Assembly: GCA_963733095.1 (NCBI GenBank)
Contig: CAVTBV010000012.1
Span: 128,001-192,000 of the forward strand
DNA from: Candidatus Bathyarchaeota archaeon
GTDB taxonomy: Archaea; Thermoproteota; Bathyarchaeia; Bathyarchaeales; Bathycorpusculaceae
Reading direction: 5' to 3'
DNA length: 64,000 nucleotides
In this document: piece after piece, positions 30,016-38,671 of the stretch
Layout: each line of letters opens with the position of its first letter
Position numbering within the stretch: the stretch's first letter is position 1
The notes under the pieces: model-generated
What the model was told of the DNA's origin: nothing
The model's database searches: none
What the model saw: only the letters and a program-made list of their open reading frames with translations
Made by a program: the position numbers and the translations under genes

Positions 30016-30936
30016 ATGAATCTTTCTACCCATATAATGTTTGGCATACTAGTTGGAGCCTTACTCTTTGGCAGACCAGAAATAGCGCTAATGGTTGGCG
30101 TCGGCGCTACAATTCCTGATTTAGACAGAGAATATGGGTTTTTCAGCAAGGAGTCCTTTCGACGCCGACAAATACACCGTGCATTATTCCACAATTTTTT
30201 GTTTATCGGCATAGTCTATTTGATAAACCCGTTTTTTGGCATAGGTGCCTTTCTTCACTCATTTTTAGATTCATTCACAACAACAAGGGACCGAGGCGTC
30301 GAATGGCTATACCCATTTTCAAGAATTGTAACTAAGGCGGTTTATGATTCGGAGGGCAACAAATTGCCGCTTGATCCAAAACACAGAATCTACTTTCTTT
30401 CAAATGATCTGCCTGGACTGACACGAAGAACTACAAAAGATATTAAACCTGGCGAAGTACCCGTGCCAAATAGAAGAACTTATGGTCCGGCGCTTTCAGG
30501 AAAGTTTCTTGATAGGTGCATCTTTTTTGGATCCATAGCTCTTGTGTTGCTTATGCTTCTTTTTTCTGCTATTGGCTTAAAACAATTCATCGATTTGAGC
30601 GGGCATAATATACCCCTTTCCTTTACAATTCCCCTGCTAATTGGCTCAATAGGAATCTTCCTAAATTTTATTGTCGGCGAACTTGACAGAAAGAAACTAT
30701 TTAAGACCAAGACAGATAGACCCTACAAATTTTCGTTTGTGCTGTCCGCTGGAATTATTATTTCTGCGGTAGTTCTCGGGGGGATAATAAATCCAGAAGC
30801 TGTATCCACTACACTAAGCATAATGCCATACATCGCTGTTGGAATAGTTGTTATTGTTTTCGTATCGTTGGGGGTATTGTTCTATTCTACTCGAGGTTTT
30901 TCAGCTGAAAGCAAAAAAGAGCCACTAATCGTGTAA
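30016..30936 (+). CDS. Membrane metal-dependent hydrolase (YdjM/DUF457-like)
   Basis: THIMFG, IPDLD, HRALFHN, LHSFLD, GVEWLYPF; start ATG 30016. Confidence 0.82.
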   Translation: MNLSTHIMFGILVGALLFGRPEIALMVGVGATIPDLDREYGFFSKESFRRRQIHRALFHNFLFIGIVYLINPFFGIGAFLHSFLDSFTTTRDRGVEWLYPFSRIVTKAVYDSEGNKLPLDPKHRIYFLSNDLPGLTRRTTKDIKPGEVPVPNRRTYGPALSGKFLDRCIFFGSIALVLLMLLFSAIGLKQFIDLSGHNIPLSFTIPLLIGSIGIFLNFIVGELDRKKLFKTKTDRPYKFSFVLSAGIIISAVVLGGIINPEAVSTTLSIMPYIAVGIVVIVFVSLGVLFYSTRGFSAESKKEPLIV

Positions 30937-30999
30937 CCAACCTTCATTTTCGCTCAACGAATGCATATTTGGCGTGCAAACCTCTGATAAACAGTGCAA

Positions 31000-31021
31000 G
31001 TTGCTGTGGCTTCACAGTCAC
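31000..31021 (+). promoter_or_regulatory. 22-bp island motif (GTTGCTGTG-GCTT-CACAGTCAC)
   Basis: Followed by ATAATC-TTAAG, upstream of gene start 31069. Confidence 0.75.
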
Positions 31022-31068
31022 ATAATCTTAAGTCTACAAGCGAAGGCTTAGTGATAGAGATGAATTGA

Positions 31069-31206
31069 ATGTCAGAAAACAAGAAAAAAATTGAAAGTAG
31101 CGCCGAAAAAACTGGAGAAGCAATCGGTGCAGGCGTTAAGAAAAGTGCTAAAGCCGTAAACGACTTTGGAAAGGGAATAAAAAAAGGAATCAAGAAAGAA
31201 GAATAA
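31069..31206 (+). CDS. 45-aa hydrophilin/LEA-like small protein
   Basis: Not in track; MSENKKKIESSAEKTGEAIGAGVKKSAKAVNDFGKGIKKGIKKEE. Confidence 0.7.
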   Translation: MSENKKKIESSAEKTGEAIGAGVKKSAKAVNDFGKGIKKGIKKEE

Positions 31207-31307
31207 AACGCAAATTCGCTTTCTCACACAGCAAAACGAAGCATAGTTATTTTTTGTAAATTCAGCGACTAAGTCAAAAACTGAATTTCCTAACTTCACA
31301 CCGCTTT

Positions 31308-31329
31308 GCTGCTGTTGGGATACAGCTAC
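31308..31329 (+). promoter_or_regulatory. 22-bp island motif (GCTGCTGTT-GGGA-TACAGCTAC)
   Basis: Followed by AAGGGT-TTAATAG, same layout as the promoter of 24665. Confidence 0.6.
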
Positions 31330-31382
31330 AAGGGTTTAATAGCCCTTTATACTGACTGGGTTTAACTGTGGAGTTGCTAATT

Positions 31383-31452
31383 TTGGCTATTTTAGATGAC
31401 ATATTTCAGTTCATTACTTCTGGAAGCATAAGCGAGATACCAACTATCGTTG
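31383..31452 (+). pseudogene. 5' remnant of a paralog of the FUN14-like gene 24665..24991
   Basis: MAILDDIFQFITSGSISEIP versus MGAIDQVINFITSGSVGGIP; shared GGAGTTGCT leader. Confidence 0.7.
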
Positions 31453-31626
31453 CCTCAAAATGCTTCCATCTGTATTTCAGATAAGCCCCATAAACACTTT
31501 TTCAGTAGCAATTTTACTCTCTTAGCATGTTGAAACCCAAAATTATTACAAAACAACTATTTTGAATTCCCATATTCTTTCTTTATGGAAGGTGGATTGA
31601 TTGATGTAAAACACGAGCGCTAGAAT

Positions 31627-31648
31627 GTTGCTGTGTTTTCACAGTCAC
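31627..31648 (+). promoter_or_regulatory. 22-bp island motif (GTTGCTGTG-TTTT-CACAGTCAC)
   Basis: Followed by ACAGGC-TTAAC, upstream of PRC-barrel gene 31721. Confidence 0.75.
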
Positions 31649-31720
31649 ACAGGCTTAACTCTGCCAACGACCATTTGTAAGGTAGAATAGATTAAGAGCT
31701 AGAAGGAGTGATAGATATTT

Positions 31721-32005
31721 ATGAATAGTAAAGATTTTTTGGATAAAGATGTGTTTATTGAAAACGAGAAAATTGGCAAAGTCAAAGAATTAGGAATAGA
31801 TACGGAAGATTGGAAAGTAACTCATCTTGAAATCGAATTGACCAAGGATATAGCTGAATCAGTTCTTGGCGCAAAGAAAGGTGGAGTGCGAAACATGTTG
31901 GCCGTTTCAGCCTTAGATAAAGGGGTTGCACGCTGGACGGACAAGGGTTTGCAGCTAAAAGTGTCAAAAGATCAACTTCACATGTACCTAAGGCCAGTAG
32001 TTTAG
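31721..32005 (+). CDS. PRC-barrel domain protein
   Basis: FLDKDVF..EKIGKVKELGIDTEDWKVTHLEI. Confidence 0.82.
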   Translation: MNSKDFLDKDVFIENEKIGKVKELGIDTEDWKVTHLEIELTKDIAESVLGAKKGGVRNMLAVSALDKGVARWTDKGLQLKVSKDQLHMYLRPVV

Positions 32006-32022
32006 GCTTAATTGGAGATTTT

Positions 32023-32184
32023 ATGTGAACCAACTGGCTGACTATCGCCCTTATTATTTTGGCACTTTGGTTAGTGGGGTTCTATGCTTTTCCAAGCATA
32101 GGCACGTTGATACACATTCTGCTCGTGATTGCCATAATCTTTGTAGTTATTTGGCTGTTGACGGGCAAAAAGTTGTGGAAATAA
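32023..32184 (+). pseudogene. Second lmo0937/DUF5670-family gene with TGA at codon 2
   Basis: GGAG RBS, then ATG TGA ACC AAC TGG...: M*TNWLTIALIILALWLVGFYAFPSIGTLIHILLVIAIIFVVIWLLTGKKLWK. Confidence 0.7.
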
Positions 32185-32358
32185 ACCACATTCTCTTTTT
32201 TGTTAAATTTTCTTCTAAAAAGAACATTCAAAACCTCCCGGAAAAGGAGAATATTACTTTTTGGTTCCAAGAGAGCGTTAGGTTTAAAGGAAACGCAAGA
32301 GTAACTTTTACTAAGACTATGTTTTTTATGGTTTTAATAATTTAGCAGGTCCTTAAGG

Positions 32359-33387
32359 ATGAAACAGGTTTCTAATAACATTTCTTTAGAAAAAAATTCT
32401 CACCATTTCTCAGAAAACTTTCGGATGGGATTCAGGGCTTATAGTGGTTTGATCTCAAATTTGTGTGGCGTTAGGGTTCCAATTTTTTGCGGGCACAAGT
32501 TGACCTATAATTGTAATCTTCGATGCAAAATGTGTCCCTTCTGGAAAAGAACAAGCCCCAACTCGAGTTTAAATCAGGAAAAAGCAATTCTAAAACAGAT
32601 TTACAATTCGGGTGCCTGCGGAGTTGCCTTTGAAGGTGGAGAACCGCTTCTTAGGAATGATTTGGGTGAAATTCTTGCGTTTTCCAGGTCTTTGCCTTTG
32701 CATACTAGCCTCATAACCAACGGGACTTTGCTTGAATCCAGAATTGATGAGATAGCTCAGTACATTAACGGTGTTGTTTATGTTTCTTTAGATGGCCAAG
32801 AAAAAACTCATGATGCTATCCGAGGGGTCAGTGGAAGTTTTAGAAAAGCAGTACAAGGCATAGAATCGGCGAAAGAAAAAGTTGCCGTAACCATCAACAT
32901 TACTGTAATGGCTGAGAACGTAGAGGAAATAGAAAGCATGGTGGAGTTGGCGAAAGACTTGGGGACAAAAATTTCCGTGGCTGTGGCTCACGAGTACTGC
33001 AACGCCAACGCGTCCTCACCGGCAATTAGCAAAATACCTAGAATAGCTCATAGGCTTATGGAAATGAAGCGGGAAGGTTACCCAATTGTCAATTCAATCG
33101 GTTACTTCAAAGTAATGGCAAAAGAGAAAAAATGGCAATGCAAGCCCTGGGCAATGATAAACATTGACCCCAGCGGAAAAGTAGTTTTACCCTGCTATGT
33201 CCACAACGACTATGCAAGCAGCACCTCTATCTTTGAAAAGAGCATTAAAGGTGCAGTATCCGATTTTGACTGGAAAAAAATAAAAAACTGCCAAAGATGC
33301 AGCCTCCATTGCTATGTTGAGCCTTCTTTGGTGCTTTCAAGAGAAATCAGTGCCTACATGCATTGGGCATTTCGAGTTAACATGTAA
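32359..33387 (+). CDS. Radical SAM protein (PTO1314-like family, C-terminal SPASM/twitch-type Cys)
   Basis: GHKLTYNCNLRCKMCPFW, FEGGEPLLR, CKPW...LPCY, CQRCSLHCYVEPS. Confidence 0.88.
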   Translation: MKQVSNNISLEKNSHHFSENFRMGFRAYSGLISNLCGVRVPIFCGHKLTYNCNLRCKMCPFWKRTSPNSSLNQEKAILKQIYNSGACGVAFEGGEPLLRNDLGEILAFSRSLPLHTSLITNGTLLESRIDEIAQYINGVVYVSLDGQEKTHDAIRGVSGSFRKAVQGIESAKEKVAVTINITVMAENVEEIESMVELAKDLGTKISVAVAHEYCNANASSPAISKIPRIAHRLMEMKREGYPIVNSIGYFKVMAKEKKWQCKPWAMINIDPSGKVVLPCYVHNDYASSTSIFEKSIKGAVSDFDWKKIKNCQRCSLHCYVEPSLVLSREISAYMHWAFRVNM

Positions 33388-33557
33388 ATTAAAGGTCTAG
33401 AAGCCGCAATAGTGAAAGAATCCGATCCATAGTACTGAGGGTAGAAGCCTCTGGGGTATTTTCACAGGATTTTCGAACCTGTAAATTGGGCCTACTAATT
33501 AGGTTCTGAAATGGTATATATAGTCATTTTACCTTTAACTTGATAGGTTGAACTTGT

Positions 33558-33785
33558 ATGCCGAAATGCCCAAATTGTACAGCCCATATGAAAGAGCCTA
33601 ATAAAGAATGGAACTTTGGGCAATTCCAAGTAAAGATGTACAAATGCACAAAATGCGGAAATCAATTTAGAGAATTTTTCAAGGAAAACACCCTAAAATT
33701 TGTGTTGAGCGCACACAACGGCGGCTTAGGAAAAACCAGAGCTACAAAAGAAACAACAGACAGGCACAAAACATATCCTCAATAA
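33558..33785 (+). CDS. Small zinc-ribbon protein
   Basis: CPNC...CTKC. Confidence 0.7.
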   Translation: MPKCPNCTAHMKEPNKEWNFGQFQVKMYKCTKCGNQFREFFKENTLKFVLSAHNGGLGKTRATKETTDRHKTYPQ

Positions 33786-33968
33786 TCATTTCTAGCTTAT
33801 TCACGCTTCCTGAATTATTTTAGCTATCCTATGCAACTGTCAACATCCAAGGATTTCGACCACTTGACTAAAAAACGAGAAAATCAATAATGGGCAAGAG
33901 CGCTACTTAAATCTCTTAAGGCTTAAATTACTCAAGGAGAATAAATATTATTACAGAAGGTTTTTTTT

Positions 33969-35129
33969 ATGGCTAAGATTGTGGAAGATGTTTTTTCAAA
34001 GGGTTTTTTGGAAGTACAGGAAAATGATACGCTCTCTTCATCTCTATCACATTTCAAAGAAGGGATGCCACCTGTTCTAGCGGTCTTCGATAGTAAAGGC
34101 AATTATAAAGGGGTTATTTCCCGAAAATCGATAAAACGGTCTAGTTTTGATGCGTCTGGAACCAAAGTTAAAACTTTGACGCGGTCAGCGCCTGCCGTTA
34201 CCCTGAAGGATTCTCTCAGCAAAGTCGCCAAGTTAATGATTGAGAGTGAAATCAGGCAACTTCCCGTTTACAGTGAAGACAAGCTCTTAGGTTTTGTAAC
34301 AGAGGAGGATGTTATCCATGGTGGTGTAATGGAGCAATGGGGTAACACTCATGTCGGAGAAATAATGGCCAAGGAGCCGTTCACCATTGAAGAAGACCAA
34401 TCGCTAGGGGCAGTACTAAGTCTTATAAGAAATGAGGGAATCTCTCACGTTCCCATAGTCAAAGATGGAAAACTCGTGGGAATTGTTAGCATTTCCGATA
34501 TTATTGAGAATATCTTTCGGCCCAGACATGTTCAAAGGTTCGGCGAAAGAGTAGGTGAGAAAGTTCCTGTTCTAAGTATTCCCGCGAAGGGCATAATGGT
34601 TAAGCCTGTAATCACTGTTTTGCCTGAATCCAAATTACGAGATGCTGAAGAGCAAATGCACAAATTCAACATTTCCTCTTTGGTGATCATCAGCAAAGGA
34701 AGACCCGTCGGAATCATAACTAAACGGGACTTTCTTGAACCTCTTTCTCAAATGGAAAAACCAGTGGAAAGGCTTACTGTGCAATTTTCAGTTAAAGACG
34801 TGGAAATTGATGAAATCCAACGAGGCGCCATTATGGACGACTTCGACTCTTTCACCCACAGATACGGAGGAACCTTAGAGGCTGGCACACTATTTGTCTA
34901 CATGAAGACGCATGGCACAAACTTCAAGGGCGATCAGTTAATTCATTGCCGCCTGCAATTTAGAACAAAGAAGGGCGCATTTTTCAGTTCAGGCGAAGGT
35001 TATGGTGTGGAACAGACGTTTAGGGTAGCTTTGGATAGGCTTGAAGGCCAAATTGTAAAAAGCACAGAACTAGCAAATGACCATGAATTTCTAAAGGGCT
35101 ATTTGAGACGAAGATTTCCGTCGTTATAG
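33969..35129 (+). CDS. 4xCBS domain protein with C-terminal HPF/RaiA-like domain (archaeal ribosome hibernation factor-like)
   Basis: Four CBS repeats (aa ~1-260); C-terminus ends SSGEGYGVEQTFRVALDRLEGQI as in the S30AE/HPF fold. Confidence 0.78.
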   Translation: MAKIVEDVFSKGFLEVQENDTLSSSLSHFKEGMPPVLAVFDSKGNYKGVISRKSIKRSSFDASGTKVKTLTRSAPAVTLKDSLSKVAKLMIESEIRQLPVYSEDKLLGFVTEEDVIHGGVMEQWGNTHVGEIMAKEPFTIEEDQSLGAVLSLIRNEGISHVPIVKDGKLVGIVSISDIIENIFRPRHVQRFGERVGEKVPVLSIPAKGIMVKPVITVLPESKLRDAEEQMHKFNISSLVIISKGRPVGIITKRDFLEPLSQMEKPVERLTVQFSVKDVEIDEIQRGAIMDDFDSFTHRYGGTLEAGTLFVYMKTHGTNFKGDQLIHCRLQFRTKKGAFFSSGEGYGVEQTFRVALDRLEGQIVKSTELANDHEFLKGYLRRRFPSL

Positions 35130-35729
35130 CTGGTGTAGCGGGTATAGGCAAATTGACAAAAACTGATGATATGTTGCTGACGTTAAGCCGAACTATCCCT
35201 AAATGCATCGAAAGTGTTGGGTCTTTTCAATATAAGGGCAAAAAATAGGGTTTAATAGACAGTTTTGCTTCAGCGCAGCATCTGAAATGTGATGTTTGCG
35301 GTAACTACTCTATTTTTGATGTTTCAGTCATTAGAAACGAAAAGGGCAATGGACTGAATGTTTGTAATGACTGTATTGATCAAATCACAAGCAGGACGAT
35401 TTCAAGTTGGTTTAAAGCATATAGGAAAAAACGCGAAAACATTTTGAAAAATAGAATGTACATCGATGGGCTGTCATCAATATTGGCTGTGTATGAGCAT
35501 AATGGGTTGCCCTTTCAGATTTCAAGTGAAGGAGTTATGATACTGAGGAGACGTTTGTTCAAATGTGCAACGGTTTGGATCATAGGACAAAAGATAAGCA
35601 ACTTGCATAGTATTACATCAACTATAGTGTGGAATCCCAGGCTGCTGGTTTCCCTAACGCCCGGCAGGTGTAATTTCTCAAAAATATTGCAGAAGATAGT
35701 TATTGAGCATAAAAAATGCTCTCTTTCAA

Positions 35730-36278
35730 CTATTTTACTGCGACTTTGTGCTTTTTAGGCGCGGGTGCAATCGTCTTCTTTGGTACTCTGACTTCAAGTA
35801 ATCCGTCCCTAAATGTAGATTCAGCTTGCTCGGGGATTACTTCTTCGGGGAACGAAAGCTGTTTGTAAACGTGCGAGTAAACGCGTTCTCTGACAACAAA
35901 GTTCTTCGCTTGGTCTTCTGTTTCAACGTCTGTTTCAGCTGAAATTTCGATGCCGTCCTGGGTAAGGCTTACGTCTATCTTGTCTTTTGCTACGCCGGGC
36001 AATTCAGCATGCACTACAAACCTGTTTCCTTCATCAACCAGATCAACAGTTGCCTCACGAACCGGAACAATAGGTTCATAACTTACCCACTCATATGGAG
36101 AAGCTACACTTTCAAAGAAGCTTCTGCGGAAATCATCCATTAAATCGTCAAAGGTCGTCAGAACATGAACCGCAGGAACGTGTTTAGCTGGAACATGTTT
36201 TACGGGTTTTGCTGCAACATTAACTTTTGCGATTGCTTTCACCGGCGCCTTTTTTTCTTCATTACTCATTTCTTTCAC
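35730..36278 (-). CDS. Small heat shock protein Hsp20
   Basis: VDLVDEG...AELPGVAKDKIDV...RER...FRDGLLEVRVPK. Confidence 0.93.
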   Translation of the reverse strand: MKEMSNEEKKAPVKAIAKVNVAAKPVKHVPAKHVPAVHVLTTFDDLMDDFRRSFFESVASPYEWVSYEPIVPVREATVDLVDEGNRFVVHAELPGVAKDKIDVSLTQDGIEISAETDVETEDQAKNFVVRERVYSHVYKQLSFPEEVIPEQAESTFRDGLLEVRVPKKTIAPAPKKHKVAVK

Positions 36279-36705
36279 CTCGATTAACTTGTTATTGGAA
36301 TTCTAATCTGCGCTATCGTTGTTCTTTCTGCAACTGGAGCCTTTTTGCAATTTCTTTGGAGATTTTTTCAAGACCCTTCGCTAACTCTGTACTTTCAACC
36401 TCGGCTAACGAGTAAAACTTGCCCTCTTTGTCAACGAAGACAAGCTCTAAATTTCTGTTTTTATCAACCAACATTTCACCCCCATCAAACTAACCATTTG
36501 ACATTAGTTCGTAATATGCAACTATAGTTATCAGGGCAGAAGTCAGAACTTTTTCAACACACATTCCAAAACAGGGGGACCACAGCCATTAGCCCCTCAC
36601 GCGATCTAAGCCTTCAAGTGTCAAGGGCTGGCTGGCTTTCCCTATCGCTTACCCCTGAAAGGGTATTCAAAAAGGAGTCATTGGGAGTTGACGGGAACAT
36701 ATGGG

Positions 36706-36849
36706 TTATTCTTTTTTGACTACCCATGTTTTTACTGCTTCTTCGATAGCGCGCGATAGGTCTCCTTTTTTCCCGCCAAATTTTTCTACTGTTTTCAATC
36801 TGAGCTGCTTTTCCAACGCATCAGGTAAATCCACGCTGATTCGACCCAT
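36706..36849 (-). CDS. Ribbon-helix-helix (CopG-like) DNA-binding protein, 47 aa
   Basis: Not in track; MGRISVDLPDALEKQLRLKTVEKFGGKKGDLSRAIEEAVKTWVVKKE. Confidence 0.8.
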   Translation of the reverse strand: MGRISVDLPDALEKQLRLKTVEKFGGKKGDLSRAIEEAVKTWVVKKE

Positions 36850-37364
36850 ATTCAATCATCCATTTTAGAGTTTTATGTACGATTCCATGTGTCAAGCATC
36901 TTTCCAATGGGTGAGTTGCCAAACGATTAAGTCTATCTTTGTAATCATTTTTCATTCACTCAAACTCATTTATAAGCTTATCAACATAAGTTATTATGTG
37001 TTTACACACTTATATGTGTATCGGACTTAAACGATTTAAGTGCCGATTACACAGATCGACTCCAAATATTACCCGCCCAAAAAAGCATAGCACATGACTC
37101 AAAATCACCATTAGCTTATAGGAACATTATCCCATATCCCATCGACATATGTCGTGTTTATTTGGGCAGTGAACGGGACTTTTAGCCAAAAATCGAACAA
37201 TGTTGATTCTGACATTGAATACTGAATATAAGAAACGCATTAGAAGACCGACTCAGGCTAATAGTCAGTCATTTAGTTTACTTTAAAACAAGACAGCATG
37301 TGCGAAGTGTCAAAAAGATAAAAGTTACAAAACTACATCAATCTTAGGCGTCAAAGGTGAGACA

Positions 37365-38630
37365 TTGTCTAAGATAATAAAGATCGGTGCAAGGGAAATT
37401 CTTGATTCAAGAGGCAATCCAACCGTCGAAGCAGATGTATTCACAAAGGGAGGGTTGTCAAGGGCTTCAGTTCCTTCTGGTGCAAGCACAGGCAAATACG
37501 AAGCTTGTGAGCTCAGAGACGGAGGAAGGCGTTACTTGGGACAAGGAGTTCTGAAAGCTGTTAACAACGTTAACAATATCATAGCAAAAAAGATCATTGG
37601 ACAAGATTGCACAAAGCAGAAAGAGGTCGATGAGTTGATGATTGAGTTGGACGGCAGTCCCAACAAGTCCAACTTGGGAGCCAATGCTATTCTCGCAGTC
37701 AGCATGGCAGTATGCAAAGCTGGAGCATTGGAGTCGAACCTACCTCTTTATAAATACATCGCTGAGCTCGCTGACTCAAAAGGCGTAACTTTACCCATCC
37801 CACAGATGAACGTTATCAACGGTGGAATGCATGCTGGAATAAAAAATGATTTTCAAGAACATATGATAGTTCCCTTCGGAGCTAAAACTTTCTCCGACGC
37901 TCTTAGAATGTGCTCAGAAACTTACCACACCTTAAAGAAAAACCTGAAAGAAAAATTGGGAAACTCAGCAATATTAGTCGGTGATGAAGGCGGCTTTGTT
38001 CCACCCTTGAAAAGCATTGATGAAAGGTTAAAATTCATATCCGAAGCGATAGACGAACTTGGCTACACCAAAGAATTCGGTCTGGCAATAGACGCTGCAG
38101 CATCAGAGTTCTATTACAAGGGGCATTATAAAATCATGGAAAAAGAATATTCTTCTGAAGGATTAACGGAATTCTATTCTGAGATGTGTGAAAAATTCAG
38201 GATAATCTCAATCGAAGATGGATTGAGCGAAGACGATTGGGATGGCTGGGTTAAATTGAAATCCAAGCTGGGGAAAAAAATTCAACTCGTCGGAGACGAC
38301 CTTCTGGTTACGAACACTGAGAGAATTCGAAAAGCAATTAAATTAGACGCCTGCAATGCCTTGCTATTGAAGCTCAATCAGATAGGAACAACTATCGAAG
38401 CCATAGATGCTTTTAAATCAGCCAGAGAAGCAGGGTGGAACGTTATCGTTTCTCATAGGTCAGGGAGCACCGAAGAAACTTTTTTTGCGGATTTGGTTGT
38501 TGGCTTAGATGCTGGGCAATTTAAGTATGGCGCGCCCGCAAGAAGTGAACGCACATGTAACTATAATCAACTACTGAGGATCGAAGAAGAATTAGGCGAA
38601 AAGGCGAGGTATTCGAAGATTTTTGGATAA
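37365..38630 (+). CDS. eno: Enolase (second, canonical-type copy)
   Basis: REILDSRGNPTVE, VPSGASTG, GDEGG, IEDG, GDDL, KLNQIG, SHRSG. Confidence 0.95.
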   Translation: MSKIIKIGAREILDSRGNPTVEADVFTKGGLSRASVPSGASTGKYEACELRDGGRRYLGQGVLKAVNNVNNIIAKKIIGQDCTKQKEVDELMIELDGSPNKSNLGANAILAVSMAVCKAGALESNLPLYKYIAELADSKGVTLPIPQMNVINGGMHAGIKNDFQEHMIVPFGAKTFSDALRMCSETYHTLKKNLKEKLGNSAILVGDEGGFVPPLKSIDERLKFISEAIDELGYTKEFGLAIDAAASEFYYKGHYKIMEKEYSSEGLTEFYSEMCEKFRIISIEDGLSEDDWDGWVKLKSKLGKKIQLVGDDLLVTNTERIRKAIKLDACNALLLKLNQIGTTIEAIDAFKSAREAGWNVIVSHRSGSTEETFFADLVVGLDAGQFKYGAPARSERTCNYNQLLRIEEELGEKARYSKIFG

Positions 38631-38671
38631 AAAAGATTTTGGCGGTGCAATGATTCCTCGAAATGGGAAAG

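Noticed and set aside
31000-31021. Island motif as a CRP/FNR box
   Set aside because: The core is TGTG-N4-CACA with extended arms, not TGTGA-N6-TCACA, and it is phased to an archaeal TATA-like box.
35270-35758. CxxC...CxxC segment in frame with ORF 35444..35758
   Set aside because: No canonical start codon or RBS; probably a decayed zinc-finger gene and cannot be supported as a CDS.
36290-36475. Small minus-strand ORF upstream of Hsp20
   Set aside because: Needs a frameshift and a stop readthrough; no recognisable family.
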